Origin: Octopus bimaculoides | Lineage: Eukaryota | Assembly: GCF_001194135.2 (NCBI RefSeq) | Contig: NC_068983.1 | Span: 20,734,999 to 20,798,998, forward strand | DNA: 64,000 bases | Direction of reading: 5' to 3' | Shown: one piece after another, positions 36,622-50,508 of the stretch | Numbering within the stretch: position 1 is the stretch's first letter | How the letters are laid out: every line of letters starts with the position of its first letter | The notes under the pieces: generated by a model | What the model saw: only the letters and a program-made list of their open reading frames with translations | Told to the model about the DNA's origin: nothing | Database searches by the model: none | Position numbers and translations under genes: made by a program

Positions 36622-36821
36622 AGGGCTGGTTTCCCGGTTTCATGGTGTATTAATTCCCTACCTTGCAGGATTATTCATTTTTGCTAGCAGAGTGGAATGG
36701 AGCAACGTGAAATGAAGTGTTTTGCCCAGGAACACAAGGCATCGTCCGGTTCAGAAATCGAAACCACCAATCTAACGATCATGAGTCCCAACACCCTAAC
36801 CACTAAGCCACGCACTTCCAC
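36622..36821 (-). mobile_element. SINE family D, diverged
   Basis: GGAGCAACGTGAAATGAAGTGTTTTGC and CACCCTAACCACTAAGCCACGC are shared with 33680-33814. Confidence 0.85.
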
Positions 36822-37818
36822 ATTCAGCATGTTAATACATAAAACTTTCTTAGTAGTTCTTCTATTACATAGAACAAGCTTCGTGGTGTTTGCGATTTTA
36901 GTTGAAAGTAGTAAATGAACGAATTTGAAGTATGACTTTCACAAGATCATGAAGGTATATTTATTCCCTCGCTGAAAATTCTTTCGGAATCAATTCCGCC
37001 ATTTGTCTGCAGATTGTTGCATCATTCTCATGATACTATGCAGCATTACGAATTATGATCTACAGGTAACGCATTGATCGTGACTTTGCAAGATACACAG
37101 AACCCTCTCAGGTTCTGTGTATCTTGGACTGTAATATGTTAGACAGCTGACTCTAAAACTCTTTCTTAATTTCCAGCTCTAATTTCCATGGGGTTATGTT
37201 GCATTGACGTCTATGCTGATGTCGTTTTGACAATATCAATCTCTTCGTTCGTCTTTGGAGCTTTATATTTCAGTAAAGCCAGTGAGGGTGGCGGCTCATG
37301 TAAAGGAAGACAGTGTCTGAGAGAAGGTCTTATTGTAATTATTAAAATTATTTAAATGAGAACCCTCTGCTTCTTCAAATTGGTGTATCCCATTTCCAAG
37401 TTTTATCTTCAACTATGCCTATATTACATACATTATACCATATAATATGATGATCAAATTTGTTGAAAACCCCAACCGTCGGTTGAACGGCAGCTCCTTG
37501 CTTGAGTAGAAACTGAGTTTAGAACTACTTAGTAAGGAATTTTCCATTAAGAATATTTGAATGACTATTAATGAAATGTGAAATCACAGAAATAGTTCTG
37601 TGATTTTTATCATCTGCTTTAATTACTCCGTTATGGATAGGACATACGTCTGCCTTTAAATTATGAGACAGCTTACTATATGGCATTCGCTGTATGTTTT
37701 CCACCAAATCACTAGTGTATATATTATTTATATATANNNNNNNNNNNNNNNNNNNNNNNNNNNNNNNNNNNNNNNNNNNNNNNNNNNNNNNNNNNNNNNN
37801 NNNNNNNNNNNATACATC

Positions 37819-37865
<47 letters not shown>

Positions 37866-38351
37866 ACAAATACGTACATACACATGTGTGCGCGCGCGTG
37901 TGTATTCTTAATGGAGACCCGCTGGGAGACCAGTTTTCTGCTTCACATTATTATGCTACTGACGCCACTGGTCGAAGATTGAATGTCTAAGTTTTTTCTG
38001 AATTTGCTCTTTTTCCTTCCCCCACATTTTTCAAGACTGATCATCTCGCTCCATTTCTCCCTTTCCTGCTGTCGCCCTCTCTCACTCCGCGTGTTTGTGT
38101 GTGTGTGTAGATAGATAGTTTCATTCAGTTTACGAACGAGAATGAAGGAAAGGTTTCTCTCATGCACATTCACACACGCAAGGCTTTGGTTAGCATGGGA
38201 CTATGATAGGAGATATTCACCTATGATAGGAGATGTCACACAATGGAAATGGACCCGGAAGTATATGGCCGAGAAGGAAACTTCGAATCACACAGTCACA
38301 CCACCGAATTATATGTGTGTATATGTGTATGTACATGCATGTGTATATGTG

Positions 38352-38400
<49 letters not shown>

Positions 38401-38789
38401 CGAATGTGTGTATCCAAGGTAAAATTGCTACATATTGTGCCGCTCAGTCTGCGCCAGTTATACCATGGACCCGCAGATAGTTTTGCAGGACACTAGGAGC
38501 AAGTAAACATCTCTTTAACTCAGCATTGATTGCTCTAGAAACCAATTGAATTAAACAAAATAATTTATTTCGGTATAATCTATTTGAAAAACAAAAAATT
38601 ACGCGAAGGTACTTCTAATAACTTGGGCTAGATCTTCTTCGTCCCTTCCATATCTCTACATATATATGTGCATCGGTACGTGTACGTGAGTCTGTGTAAA
38701 TGTGTGTATCTGTGTGTGTATCAACGTATAATCATCATTATGAAATTTATGTATACATTCTATTTGTATGTATATTCATGTTATTGTAC

Positions 38790-39471
38790 GAAATGAATTT
38801 TTTTCTGTCCGTGGTCAGCACGTTATATAACCATGACACTTGCATGAAATTTTGTGTACATTACTCTTGGAACCTCAGAAGGGTCTGCACATAACCATCT
38901 GTCACTTATTCTGTTAGTTTTCTGGTCCTGGTCAAAAAATTTATCATCTGGGAAAAAACAAATCACACCATTTTCTGATGGATTTTTAAGTTTGTTCAAA
39001 AGTCTTTCGGGTTTGATTAAGCGGTTTTCCTCTTTCTTTTTTTTTTTTTATTAATGAATTGACCTCTCTTCACGTATGATTTGTATTTGATATCTTCATG
39101 CATAACATTTCTGATTGTTTTTTCTGAAACACGAATTCTTTTTGAAATTGACCTCATGGATTTTCCTGGATTGTCTTCAATGTTTTGCATAACTACCTGA
39201 ATAAATTCATGTATCATGATAGCTAATGCGTTACCATCTTCTTTCTCTAACTCACACCGAATCTTGTCGACAAAAGATCTTGCAGCTTTCAAAAAACGAT
39301 TAATTTCTAAATCACCATAGTTGACCTTCAAAGCCACATTCACAGCATGCCTTCTAATTTCATTAGTAAGCATATGGTCTGTCATTGTTATTTTCTGAAA
39401 TAGAAGTTTAATAAAAAAAATAGTCAAATAAAATAATGACTATTGTCCTCAACTACCATCCGCACCTTGTA
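38790..39471 (-). pseudogene. Decayed Tc1/mariner transposase (DD37D/maT-like) with 5' TIR
   Basis: ATG at 39385 begins an HTH region (EDNPGKSMRSISKRIRVSEKTIRNVMHEDIKYKSY). After a frameshift in the poly-T run: RLLNKLKNP...CFFPDDKFFDQDQKTNRISDRWLC...VMYTKFHASVMV. Terminal TA|CAAGGTGCGGATGG at 39471. No second TIR seen. Confidence 0.85.
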
Positions 39472-39636
39472 TACTGTGTGGGTATATTTGTGTTATTAAA
39501 TAAAATCGCACCTTTCATGATTATATGTTTTTGTTACATTCAGTTCTGTTGCACAGATTCGTTCGTGGCCCGTGACTGAAACAAGTGAAGATAAGATATC
39601 GCAGTCACTGCTCTTCTCTCTTTCTGTCTATCTCTG

Positions 39637-39713
<77 letters not shown>

Positions 39714-39720
39714 CTCACAC
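39637..39720. repeat. (CA)n microsatellite
   Basis: Direct reading. Confidence 0.97.
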
Positions 39721-40164
39721 ACGCACGTGCACACAATTTGACTCTCCTTCCCCACTCTATCTTTCTATTTTTCAGAGTTTCATTATTATCTCTAACTCAC
39801 TGTCCCTAAATAGCTTTAATATCAATACTAATTTATTTTCATCCTTATTTTAATACATCATCTTTCTTCCATTTTTTTTCTTTCTTGTTCACTAATCTTA
39901 AGCTGTCAACTCGGAATTCTACCATTGTCCTCCAAATTTTGTACTTTTACTCCTGTTCTTCTGTGTAGGCATTTCATATGCACACGCTTACTCATTCACT
40001 CACTCAATCTTTATGTACATATTTATGAATCTCCTTCGGTTAACGATCTAAGTATCTGTCTGTCTGTCTATCTGTCTATTTATCTCTCTATCTGTGTGTC
40101 TCAGTTTCTCTCTCCTTCTCTCGCTCTTTCACTCTCTCTCTCTCTCTATCTCTCTCTCTTACTG

Positions 40165-40208
<44 letters not shown>

Positions 40209-41364
40209 TGTGTGTGTGAGTCTGTGTATGCGTGTGTGTCAAGCACACATAATGTGTGTGAATCCCTGAAAGCAATACAATAAGTTGCCCTCCTACATGT
40301 GGAAGAGATTAATCTTGAATCACCTAATTGAATCCCTGCTATACCTACTCTGTTGCTGCCAACTAGCATCATATTACAATTTATTTATCTCTAGGTGGCC
40401 AATGCAAATCCTGTTGTGAATGGCGAAATTCTGTCATCGAAAATTGAAATAACTTTCAGGAGAAATAATAATTCGAATGATGGCTTCACGTCTTCAGCCA
40501 ATCCTTATACATATTCGTATACACAATCTCAGCTATACACATATACAGAGAAACCGATAATAGTGTGTATGTGTGTGTGGGGGGGGTTATGATAGCTAGA
40601 TAAGCAGGCAAGCAGGCAGACGTGGCAGAAGATGCAGTTAACTGAGTTGATGAAGTGGCATTATTGAGACCACGTTTTAACAATTCATTTTGTGCGAATG
40701 TACAACACGTGATGTAGACTTATATAATGTACGTGTATATAGTTCGTCTCCCAGTCTGCCTTGTTGTCCATTGTTTTAAGGAGAAACCATCTGCTCATAT
40801 CATTTAAAATCCTTCAACAACCGCGCTATCGCCTTAACAGATAAGGAAAGTGTTGAACAACATAGCAGTAGATATGCAAAAAGAGGCTGAAGAATAGCAA
40901 CATAACTTGTTGCAGAAGTGGATTGCAATTTACTGCTAAAAGTAGGAGAGCTTTGCATAATTTGTGATTGCTTAGCAGTATAAAGATAAAGTGGAGTTCA
41001 AATTACGATACACTTTATATAATATATGAAGAAATATTTCAGTTTATCATGTAAAACCTTCATTTACTTCGATGCTTTTCATTAAAGTGGTGTTTATCTA
41101 ATTAAAAGCTCTGTATTGCATACAAATCCCAATTATTTCACTTCAGAGCATTCGATAGCAATAATTACTCTCAAAGCGTTGCAAAGTGAAATAATGAAGT
41201 GTGGGATAAATATTCTTTTTTTATTTTACAATGGTAGCGAATTATATATAGAGAGAATTATGTTTCAAATCTCATAGCAATTGATCGCTACTGATTCAGT
41301 TCTTTCGCAAGCGAGTTGTATTTTCTTGTCCTTTGGGATTGTCTAAGTAGTGGAGAAGTATCAC

Positions 41365-41409
41365 AAAGTTCAGAATGGTTGCATAGTTTCACGACATACG
41401 TAGTTAAAA

Positions 41410-41441
<32 letters not shown>

Positions 41442-41627
41442 GTAGGTAGGTAGGTAGGTAGGTAGGTAGGTAGGTAGGTAGGTGGGAAGGTAGGTTGATT
41501 GATCCAGTCATTTTGCGATTATGCTGTTGTGATGTGCAATGATACGAAAAAAGTTCAGAGTGGTTGCATTGCTTCCCAAAATACGTAAGAAAAAAAAGAT
41601 AGATAGATAGAAAGATAGGAAAGTAGG

Positions 41628-41658
<31 letters not shown>

Positions 41659-41732
41659 GTTGGTAGGTAGGTATTTTGATTGATGCATTCATTTTGGGTT
41701 CGTAATGTTGTGAAGAGCAATGATACGAAAAC
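41365..41732. repeat. About 185-bp tandem duplication containing (GATA)/(GGTA) arrays
   Basis: AAAGTTCAGA(A/G)TGGTTGCAT...TGTTGTGA..GCAATGATACGAAAA occurs twice, at 41365-41549 and 41550-41732. Confidence 0.85.
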
Positions 41733-42179
41733 TATCCTCGAAACTGTTAAATAAAGTCGCATAAGATGTATTCAAAGCAGATTTTTCATTCACATTTATT
41801 CGGAGAAAGTCTATCGCCTGCCGAAAGACCTTTCGCTTATTACACGCCTATGTTTCTGTCATTTCCTTTTCTTAAATCAGCTATTGTTTATTTGATGTTT
41901 AACTCTAATTTTAAATTTCTATAATAGCAGCAATTTATCAATTTACTTCGTGCCATGGTTCACTTACCACGAAAATCAATGACAATACTACATTCAAATT
42001 TTAAATTGACGGCGGTACACGTCGAAATTACACGATTTTTAAAGGTTCTTATTTCAAGGTTCGATGCATAAAATTATGAATTTTCACAATAATGTTAATG
42101 AATTCGATTGTATTCTATATCTTCCCATAGTTAAGACTGTTTAAAATCCAATGTTGAAACGTGTCTCATTGTGCGCGCA

Positions 42180-42218
<39 letters not shown>

Positions 42219-42230
42219 AGATATATTTAA

Positions 42231-42289
<59 letters not shown>

Positions 42290-42417
42290 TAGACAGACAG
42301 ATAGATAGATAGATGCATTGTCGTAATCGCGCTTGGAACTTCGAATGCTGTCGTTGAAACGTCCGCAACGGTGGCCGTATATACAGAACAAATAATATAT
42401 ATGTGTGTTCATCATAA

Positions 42418-42489
<72 letters not shown>

Positions 42490-42529
42490 CCAAATATACA
42501 TATGCGTGTGTGCGCGTATGTATTATATG

Positions 42530-42560
<31 letters not shown>
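42180..42560. repeat. Compound (CA)n-(GACA)n-(GATA)n-(CT)n-(CA)n microsatellite cluster
   Basis: Direct reading. Confidence 0.95.
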
Positions 42561-43986
42561 CATTACACTCACATATATGTTTTCATATATTGGCTCAGAA
42601 ATTACATTTCTCTAAAATCCGTTGTGGAACAAAATGCGCTGATTATTTATGTCCTCATTCCAATCAAATGCTTTCTGACTTAACGAATATGTCACGATTC
42701 TTAATAATGTCTCTATTCATCAATCATTTCTTCTTTTGTGGATAATGTAAAATATCGGTATATTCCATTTTAATAGAAGTACTAATGCTTATTTAGAAAA
42801 CGGTGTGACTACAATATATGATAGGAAGAGGCTATTAGACAATGTATTTTATTTTCTTTGAAAATATAGACGAATATCAAATACGATTCCTGTTGTATTT
42901 CAACACAGAACCTAGGAGAGAGAAAATAAATATTTTGACTACGTAGTGTGATGTTCCATTGTTTTCTCTGCTACTATAACCCCTCTACATTTCTATTAAT
43001 TCCATGGTGACCACACTTTTGTTCACTTCTGTCTTTCATTAAAACACCACGCTTTACAAATCCCCTCACCACAAATAAAAATAAAATCAGATCATTTTAA
43101 TCAAACAAGAAGCTAATTTTACACAATAGTTTATCTTCCATATTTGTTTGTACTATACTTTCTATATTTTTAAGGAAATGTCATGTATGTTTAGTTTGCC
43201 ATGTGAAAATCTGGTTACCTTGAAGCTAACTAAAATAAAAGTAACTTATTAACAAATCCGAGATATAATGAATGCTGATGTAAGTAATTTAAATCTTTTC
43301 GGTTATTTAATTTTCCGTTAAATACTGTAATACAAGTTGTTTTTAGTTTCTGCCAATTAACCTGTATCGGAATTTCCATTAAACATCTTCAGCCTACTTG
43401 TTTTCATATTTATTATTCACTGTTAGTAAACATTTAGAATAACATGCATATGCATAGTCACCGCAGCATGAATGCCACAACCACATTCCGTTACAGTAAC
43501 AGACACCTACATACGCGATCACTGTAGTGTTCACACGCTTTGTGTGTGTGTGTGTGTTTATGTTTAAATAAATATATTTACACGTAGGCCTGTATAGCGA
43601 AAGTATGATACACTAAGCACAAGGAAACGTATACGTGAATGATAAACAGAACGGCTATAGCATTGAAAATTGTAACGTATGTGTATTCAATCAAATGTTA
43701 AGAAAGAGGAAGAGTTTTAATTGAGCGTATATGCATATTCTGATCATGGTTGGTTGAGTTTTAATTACTTAGAGGACAAGTAATTTTTTCCTGCTTCAAC
43801 TTAGCAAAATAGTATCGGTTGAGGGACGCTCTATGTTATATTTACTCAGTAATCTCTTTATGAACATATATTGTATTAAGTACCTGTAATCATGCGTATA
43901 GTGACCAGTTAATTACATTTTTGCTTATATATTTTCATTAAAAATTACAGAAAATTCGGCACTATTCCTAGACGCTTAATCTACCC

Positions 43987-44095
<109 letters not shown>

Positions 44096-44435
44096 TAATA
44101 AAAATATTTTAAAAGTCTTTTTACTGAAACTCGTGCAGACATTAAGTACGTACTCAAAGTTTACCAGTTTTATTAGCGAGCTAAGGTAATTGAACTGCTT
44201 CTAACTGGAAATTCAAGCCAAATAGTGACCGCCCGATCGGAACTTTACTTCTGTTGTACCGAGTACACTTCGCTTCTGAATTAACGGTCGATTTTTCGAC
44301 ACGACACGTAGGTGTTGTAGTTTGGAGAATGGAAAATAAGTAGTGTGGTATATTGACTTCCTCAGGTATAAGTTTAGTAAAACAATTCTAACTACAAAAT
44401 TTCCAGAACTCGATATACCGGAAGCTTATTCACTA

Positions 44436-44654
44436 TTATTGGTTTCAAATTCTCGCATAACGCCAGCAATTTCAAGGATGGGATAAGTCGATTAAGTCGA
44501 CGCAAGTGCTCAACTGGTACTCATTTTATCTACTCCGAAAGGATGATAGACAAAAGTCGACTTCAGCGGAATTTAAACTGAGAATGTGAAGACGGACGAA
44601 ATGCCGCTAAGCATTTTGTTCGGTGTGCTAATGATTCTGTCACCTCGCCACCTT
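44436..44654 (-). mobile_element. SINE family B
   Basis: GGACGAAATGCCGCTAAGCATTTTG...CTCGCCACCTT head; tail TATTGGTTTCAAATT as at 8716. Confidence 0.87.
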
Positions 44655-45456
44655 CTGCGTGTATATTATTAGCAATGAATGACAAATGCTTTTAAAAATC
44701 TGAACGAACACAGACGGTTCTAGTTGTTGGTAGGGCTAATTTCCTTCCATCAATAATGCATTTCTATATTTTAAAAATGAAATTTCAATGCTCTGTCTCT
44801 ATATGAGAAAATGATTTACTTTATTGTAAGACAATGTTTTCCGTTATGTTTATTTTTTAATCTCTGAAATATTAGAATATGCGAAAATAAACGTTGGCAG
44901 TTATTTTTGACAAATGGATGGGATATGCACTTACCTAGACGTTACAATTTGTAAGCAGCTTACAGAATTCTCCTACTAGAATTCAGGCACCTGGAAAATA
45001 TCATTAGAATATTTGTGTAGTTAAGGAAAAAGATAAAAAAGAGAAGGAACTAAAATTATTCTGATTCTGTGTCACAAAAAATTACTTTGCATAAAATTCA
45101 GCGTAATTTACGGTGACTTTCCAAAAGAAAAAAGTAGTTACTCTAAGGAATTCAATTCGTTTACGAAAGCGAGAATTCAGCAAAAATAGGTTATTGCAGG
45201 AAACATGAAAATGACCACAATCTAATCTATTCATTAGTTTCTGGATTCATGATCTGAATAATAGTAAGAATGAAGAAATGAAGTGGAAACTATATTTGTG
45301 AAAATAAGGCTGAAAAGTAAAATTGGAGACAAATTCAGTGAAATGAATGATATGAATACGATATTTCCGCTGTATCTCATTTATGAAAATTTGGTTGTTT
45401 CATTCTCCAAGAGCGAGATCCATTTTCTCGCCCATTTGAATCTATTGAGTTCTAGA

Positions 45457-45649
45457 TTAACCCATTAACATTCACATTCTTTTCACTTATCATGTATCAT
45501 CTCGTAGCATCGAAATTTTGATCACGTGATTGTATATTTTTAAAATGACATTGTAGGGTTGGTGCGAGAGATGGGGTCTGGCTAATTTGAGCACAAAACA
45601 AATAAAGTATTTGGGTCGCATGTGGCCAGTTTAAACACTAAAGCTTTAA
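45457..45649. mobile_element. TTAA-flanked piggyBac-type MITE, diverged
   Basis: TTAA|CCCATTAACATT ... AACACTAAAGCT|TTAA, with imperfect termini. It resembles an abundant octopus MITE (from recall). Confidence 0.55.
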
Positions 45650-45748
45650 GAACAAGGCGCACTGAAACTATATTATTGCGTTCATATTTATCGACATCAC
45701 GATTTTATTTCAAAGAGTAAAAAATATAAGGAAATAATCGACTAAACT

Positions 45749-46147
45749 ATTGCTTGTTTCAGTCATTTGACTTTGGCAACGCTAGAGCACCGCCTTTAAT
45801 CGACCAAATCGACCCCAGGACTTATTCTTTGGAAGCCTAGTACTTATTCTATTGTTCTCTTTTGCCGAACCGCTAGATTACGGGGACTTAAACACACCAG
45901 TGTCAGTTGTCAAGCGATGCTGGGGGGGGGGACAAACACAGATACACAAACATATACACACACATACATATATATATACATATATACGACGGGCTTCTTT
46001 CAGTTTCCGTCTACCAGATCCACACAAGGTTTTGGTCAGCCCGAGGCTATAGTAGAAGACACTTGCCTAAGGTGCCACGCAGTGGGATTGAACCCGGAAC
46101 CATGTGGTTCGTAACAATCTGCTTACCACACAGCCATTCCTACGCCT
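45749..46147 (-). mobile_element. SINE family C, full length
   Basis: Complete colinear match to 19930-20443; head ...CTTACCACACAGCCATTCCTACGCCT. Confidence 0.93.
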
Positions 46148-46795
46148 GTTAAGAAAACAAATATTGTTCTTCCAATATCCACCGTTCATCTCTCTAATTC
46201 CCTTTCTTCCACCCACCTTTCTCGCGATATCTTTATCCCTGTCAAACCTTGCATCTCCCTATTTTCAGTCGCAAAGTTCTAGTCAATTTGAAGGTATAAT
46301 AGAAGGCATTCGCCTAAAATATCACGAAACGATATCGAAACCGAAACTACATGTTTATGAAATAAAAATAAACTTCTTCACCATGCTGTTATGTATGTAT
46401 TTTTCACAAAAGCATACGGACAAATACACAAATAAACTCTGCTGCATACCTACGCATGAACGCACACTTATAAATGTAAATTGCCTGTGCTGTAAAGGAA
46501 TGTATATTTGACGCCAGCTCACAACAACTTTACTCAAACCCCATTTTATCTTTATGAAATGTTGGGTTGACAATTTGATGTTTACCTGTATTTGGATTAT
46601 TAGTGGTTTTTAGTTAACTGTGATTTATTGACACTTAAAATGCTTCTCAATTAATTTTTGAAGTATTGGTTAACTATTACTTGTTCAGGAGAAATATCAA
46701 CAACATCGACCTCATCCGTCTCGGATGGTACGCGTCCATACACACAACCTTTTCCACCAAATCACTCCCTTAAAATAAATTCATGTAAGTGTAAT

Positions 46796-47121
46796 AGGCG
46801 CAGTCGTGGCTGTGTGGTAAGAAACTTTCTTCTCAATCACATGTTTCCGGGTTCAGTTTCACTGAGTAGCATCTTGGTCGAGTGTCTTCTATATCCTGAG
46901 CCTTCCAAATCCTTGAGAGTGGATTTGGCAGACGAAAGCTGTAAAATCTGTCATGTGTGTCTCACCACTACCTGACAACCGATGTTGGTATATTTACGTC
47001 CTTGTAAAATGACCGATAGAATAAGTACCAGGTTTAAAAAAGTGTACTGGGATCAATTCATTCGACTACAATTTCTTGAAAGTGGTGCCCCGAACATGTT
47101 CACAGTCGAATGTTTAAATCT
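46796..47121 (+). mobile_element. SINE family C, diverged
   Basis: AGGCGCAGTCGTGGCTGTGTGGTAAGAAAC head; ACCGATAGAATAAGTACCAGG body. Confidence 0.85.
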
Positions 47122-47419
47122 AAAAAAAAAAAAAATTATGAAAATTATTAAATTAAGGTTATTATCATAAGAGTAACTATAAGAATAACAGCAAAACATT
47201 TACTTTTGTAGAGACATCTTTTTAAGCGGGAAGCCAAAATTTAAGGTGGCAGTGAAAAGAAATATTATTATAATGCAAAATACATTATGACCAAAACATT
47301 GAAATGTTTTATAAAATATACCTGCTGAGCAGCTGGTGTTTTAAAGATCTAGAGCTTGATGTTGAGTATAGTTCTGCATAGATAGATTGATCTGAGTAGA
47401 ATAACAATGTCTATGAGCA

Positions 47420-47759
47420 GGTGCGTAGCTCAGTGGTTAGAGTGCCAGGCTTACAATCATAATGTAGTGAGTCCCATTCCTGGACCGGGCTGTATGTTGT
47501 ATTCTTGAGCAAGACATTTTATTTCACGTTGCTCCAGTTCACTCAGCTACAGAAATGTGTTGCGACGACACTGGTGCCTAGCTCTATCAGCCTTTTGATT
47601 TTCCTTGGATAACATTTGTGGCGTGGAGAGAGGAGGCGGGTATACATGGGAGACTGCTACTCTTCCACAAGCAAATTTGCCCGGACTTAAGTCTCGGAGA
47701 GTAACTATCTAATTGCAATCCAATGGACATTCATGATCAAACGGGGTCTTTACCATTTG
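47420..47759 (+). mobile_element. SINE with family D head/body and a different 3' half
   Basis: GGTGCGTAGCTCAGTGGTTAGAG head, TTCTTGAGCAAGACATTTTATTTCACGTTGCTCCAG body, then sequence unrelated to the 33550 tail. Imperfect flanking repeat ATGA(G/A)CAGGTG at 47413 and 47760. Confidence 0.78.
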
Positions 47760-49395
47760 ATGAACAGGTGTAAGGAATAGTTACGAGGTTATTGATTTTG
47801 AATGAGTTGCAGGCTTCGTTTCAGGTGGAACGAAGTAACAAAGAGAGTAGGTATGCAACACTTGATATCCTGGTTAAGACGGGAGCAAACGGTGCACCTC
47901 AAGAAAAATCTCATGAACTGAGATCTTGATTGGATTCTCATTGATTAAATGCTTAATGCAGGCGTCTTACTTCTTTCTACCGTATCTATTCAACTTATTC
48001 TGCTAGGTAAAGTTGGAGTAATCAGCTTTCCCCTTCTTTCCTTACGAGAGAAACCGTTAGGTACAACTTCAGCGGGTGTCAAAAATCTTTGGACGAAGGG
48101 CGGTATTGTTCACGATATCATCAGGAATTAAAGACCATAGCAAACACCATCCCAATAAGATTAGCCATTGCAGGCGCCTCTGCCTGAGTAGAAGACGATC
48201 GCTTTTCTTAAGGATGAATGCAGCGATTTTGCCGGCCAGTCTTTTTGTACAGCTTACAATCTGTTGGGCATCATAGAAGATATTTTCCGGAACACCTCAA
48301 GTTGGTTTTGGCTATGAAAGCAACAGACACAGCATTAATCTGGCTGTAGATCAGGAAGGTGAATGTAACCTATGATAGCTCTAAGTAGATAAAAATCTAG
48401 GGTGTAATTATGATGCTTGGCAGCAGGATCGGGAGAGTGCTGGACAAAACGATTTGCCACATTTAGTTACACCCTTTTGCGCTTTAATTTCAAATCACGT
48501 CGACGGCTACTTTCCCTTTTACTCTATCGACTTCTATAAAGGAAATACCAGTAAAATATAGTGCAGTCTTTATAATCAAGTATACTTTCTCCGAAATTAA
48601 TGGATTTTTGTCTATTTTAGAAATCATAATTAAATGATTATTTAAACAGAAATGAATAAGAAGGGAAAAAAATGAGTTTTTCGAATTGGCTTTGTTCCAT
48701 ATGCAACGTATAACGCATAGCAAATTCGAATAAAATCTTTATTAATTAATTGAAATAATTTCTTTAAGCAGCGGTACTAAATTAATGTAATCAATTTCAT
48801 AATCTCATAATGATTTTTTTTAATGAACGACTTGAATTTATCATAAATAATGAATTGGCTTGAAATGTTAAGATATGCAAATCTTTATTCACGTAATCAG
48901 TAAAGACGCATGGAACAAGTGAATTATATTAAACTGCGTCATAAATTAGTTTCCCACAGAATTATTGGTGTTTATCTTTGTGAAACAGGCTTCATTCCTC
49001 TCGCCAGAATGTCTTCATGTCTATTGAAGATATTATTGTTTAAATATTCATATAAATTTGAAAATATGTTTTTGTAGCGGAAACATCAACTATATTGCAG
49101 TATGGAATTGCTAGCATCAGTCGTACTGACTCGTTCATTTTATTTGATTCTAAGCACAAATCCTTTGGACATATTTAAGTTAAAGATATGGAGTATGTCG
49201 TATTTAAAATATACGATAGAGATTTTAAAATAGACATGCTCTGATTGTATTGGTGATCATCCTCATTGGCAGTTATCTTGTTTTTGTTTCCCAGCACACG
49301 AAATATTTTACCATAGTGTATATAAATCTATAAATTAAATAACTGTGCAGGCACTGTTAACTTTTAATAAAAGTTTGATGTACTGGAATGAAATA

Positions 49396-49396
<1 letters not shown>

Positions 49397-49470
<74 letters not shown>
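49397..49470. repeat. (CA)n microsatellite
   Basis: Direct reading. Confidence 0.97.
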
Positions 49471-49474
<4 letters not shown>

Positions 49475-50508
49475 TACATACCGTTGCTATTATGAAAAAG
49501 TGACGTGAGTCCAAAACGTTTCTTTTTCAGAAAACGAAGAAGTAGTTTCACCATTCCATTTCTTTTTACATTGGAAACAGTTTCAGCTTAACAATAATAC
49601 CTCGTTTGGTGCATAAAATCGTAACTCCATTCATGTATGATATTATCAGTCGGAAATATTTTTGCAGAACTGTCGTATGTGGAACTTAGTACAATTTTGA
49701 AAAATGCTAAACTTTTGTACTACACTTCGACAATTTTCATCTGAAGGAGCTGGAGATACAATAGTTTGACAAAAAGAACCAGCTATTTCAAGCAAAATTA
49801 GCTATTGAAAGAGACACATTTGGTCAAATTTGGACATACGACAGTTTAGCATAATAGCAGCGATACATACATATATTTATGCATATTCTTGTTTAGCTCC
49901 AGCTCAGCTTCAATAATGTAAACTTAGAATAAAATGGGCCTCAACTTTGTCCACCCTATCATTTTCGTATATATAGCCTCATTATCTAGAGCATATTGCC
50001 ACTTGCAGTTCATTACGATGTATTTGAGGCGAGATTAAGATACAAATTCCTGAAATCTCCGCGACCACGTAGTACATTTTCTTTATTCGATTTTAACATG
50101 CAACGATATACAGTTTATAGATTTAATATAATATATACAGCATATATGTGTTTAATACTAGTTTTATTAACCATTTAAATGCTTAAACTGGACATGTCCG
50201 CCCAAACTTTTATAACCGTTGACTGCAGAAAGCAATATTGAAAAACAAACCTTTCTTTACGCTGCGAGAAACAGAGGCATTCACATTAAATCTTTTCACA
50301 AAAAAAAAAAAAAAACAATTTCTGAGATCTTAATTCTTTCATACATTTCATTGAATATCTCTTTACTGAGCAAGGCTCAAATGCTTTTAGCGGTGGGAAT
50401 GAAAACTGCACCTACAGGTGATAATAAAAAGCTATTCGTGGATAATTATCGTCATTAATGGAATGACAATACGTTTAATTACGGAGGGATAGGTTTAATA
50501 CTGTATAA

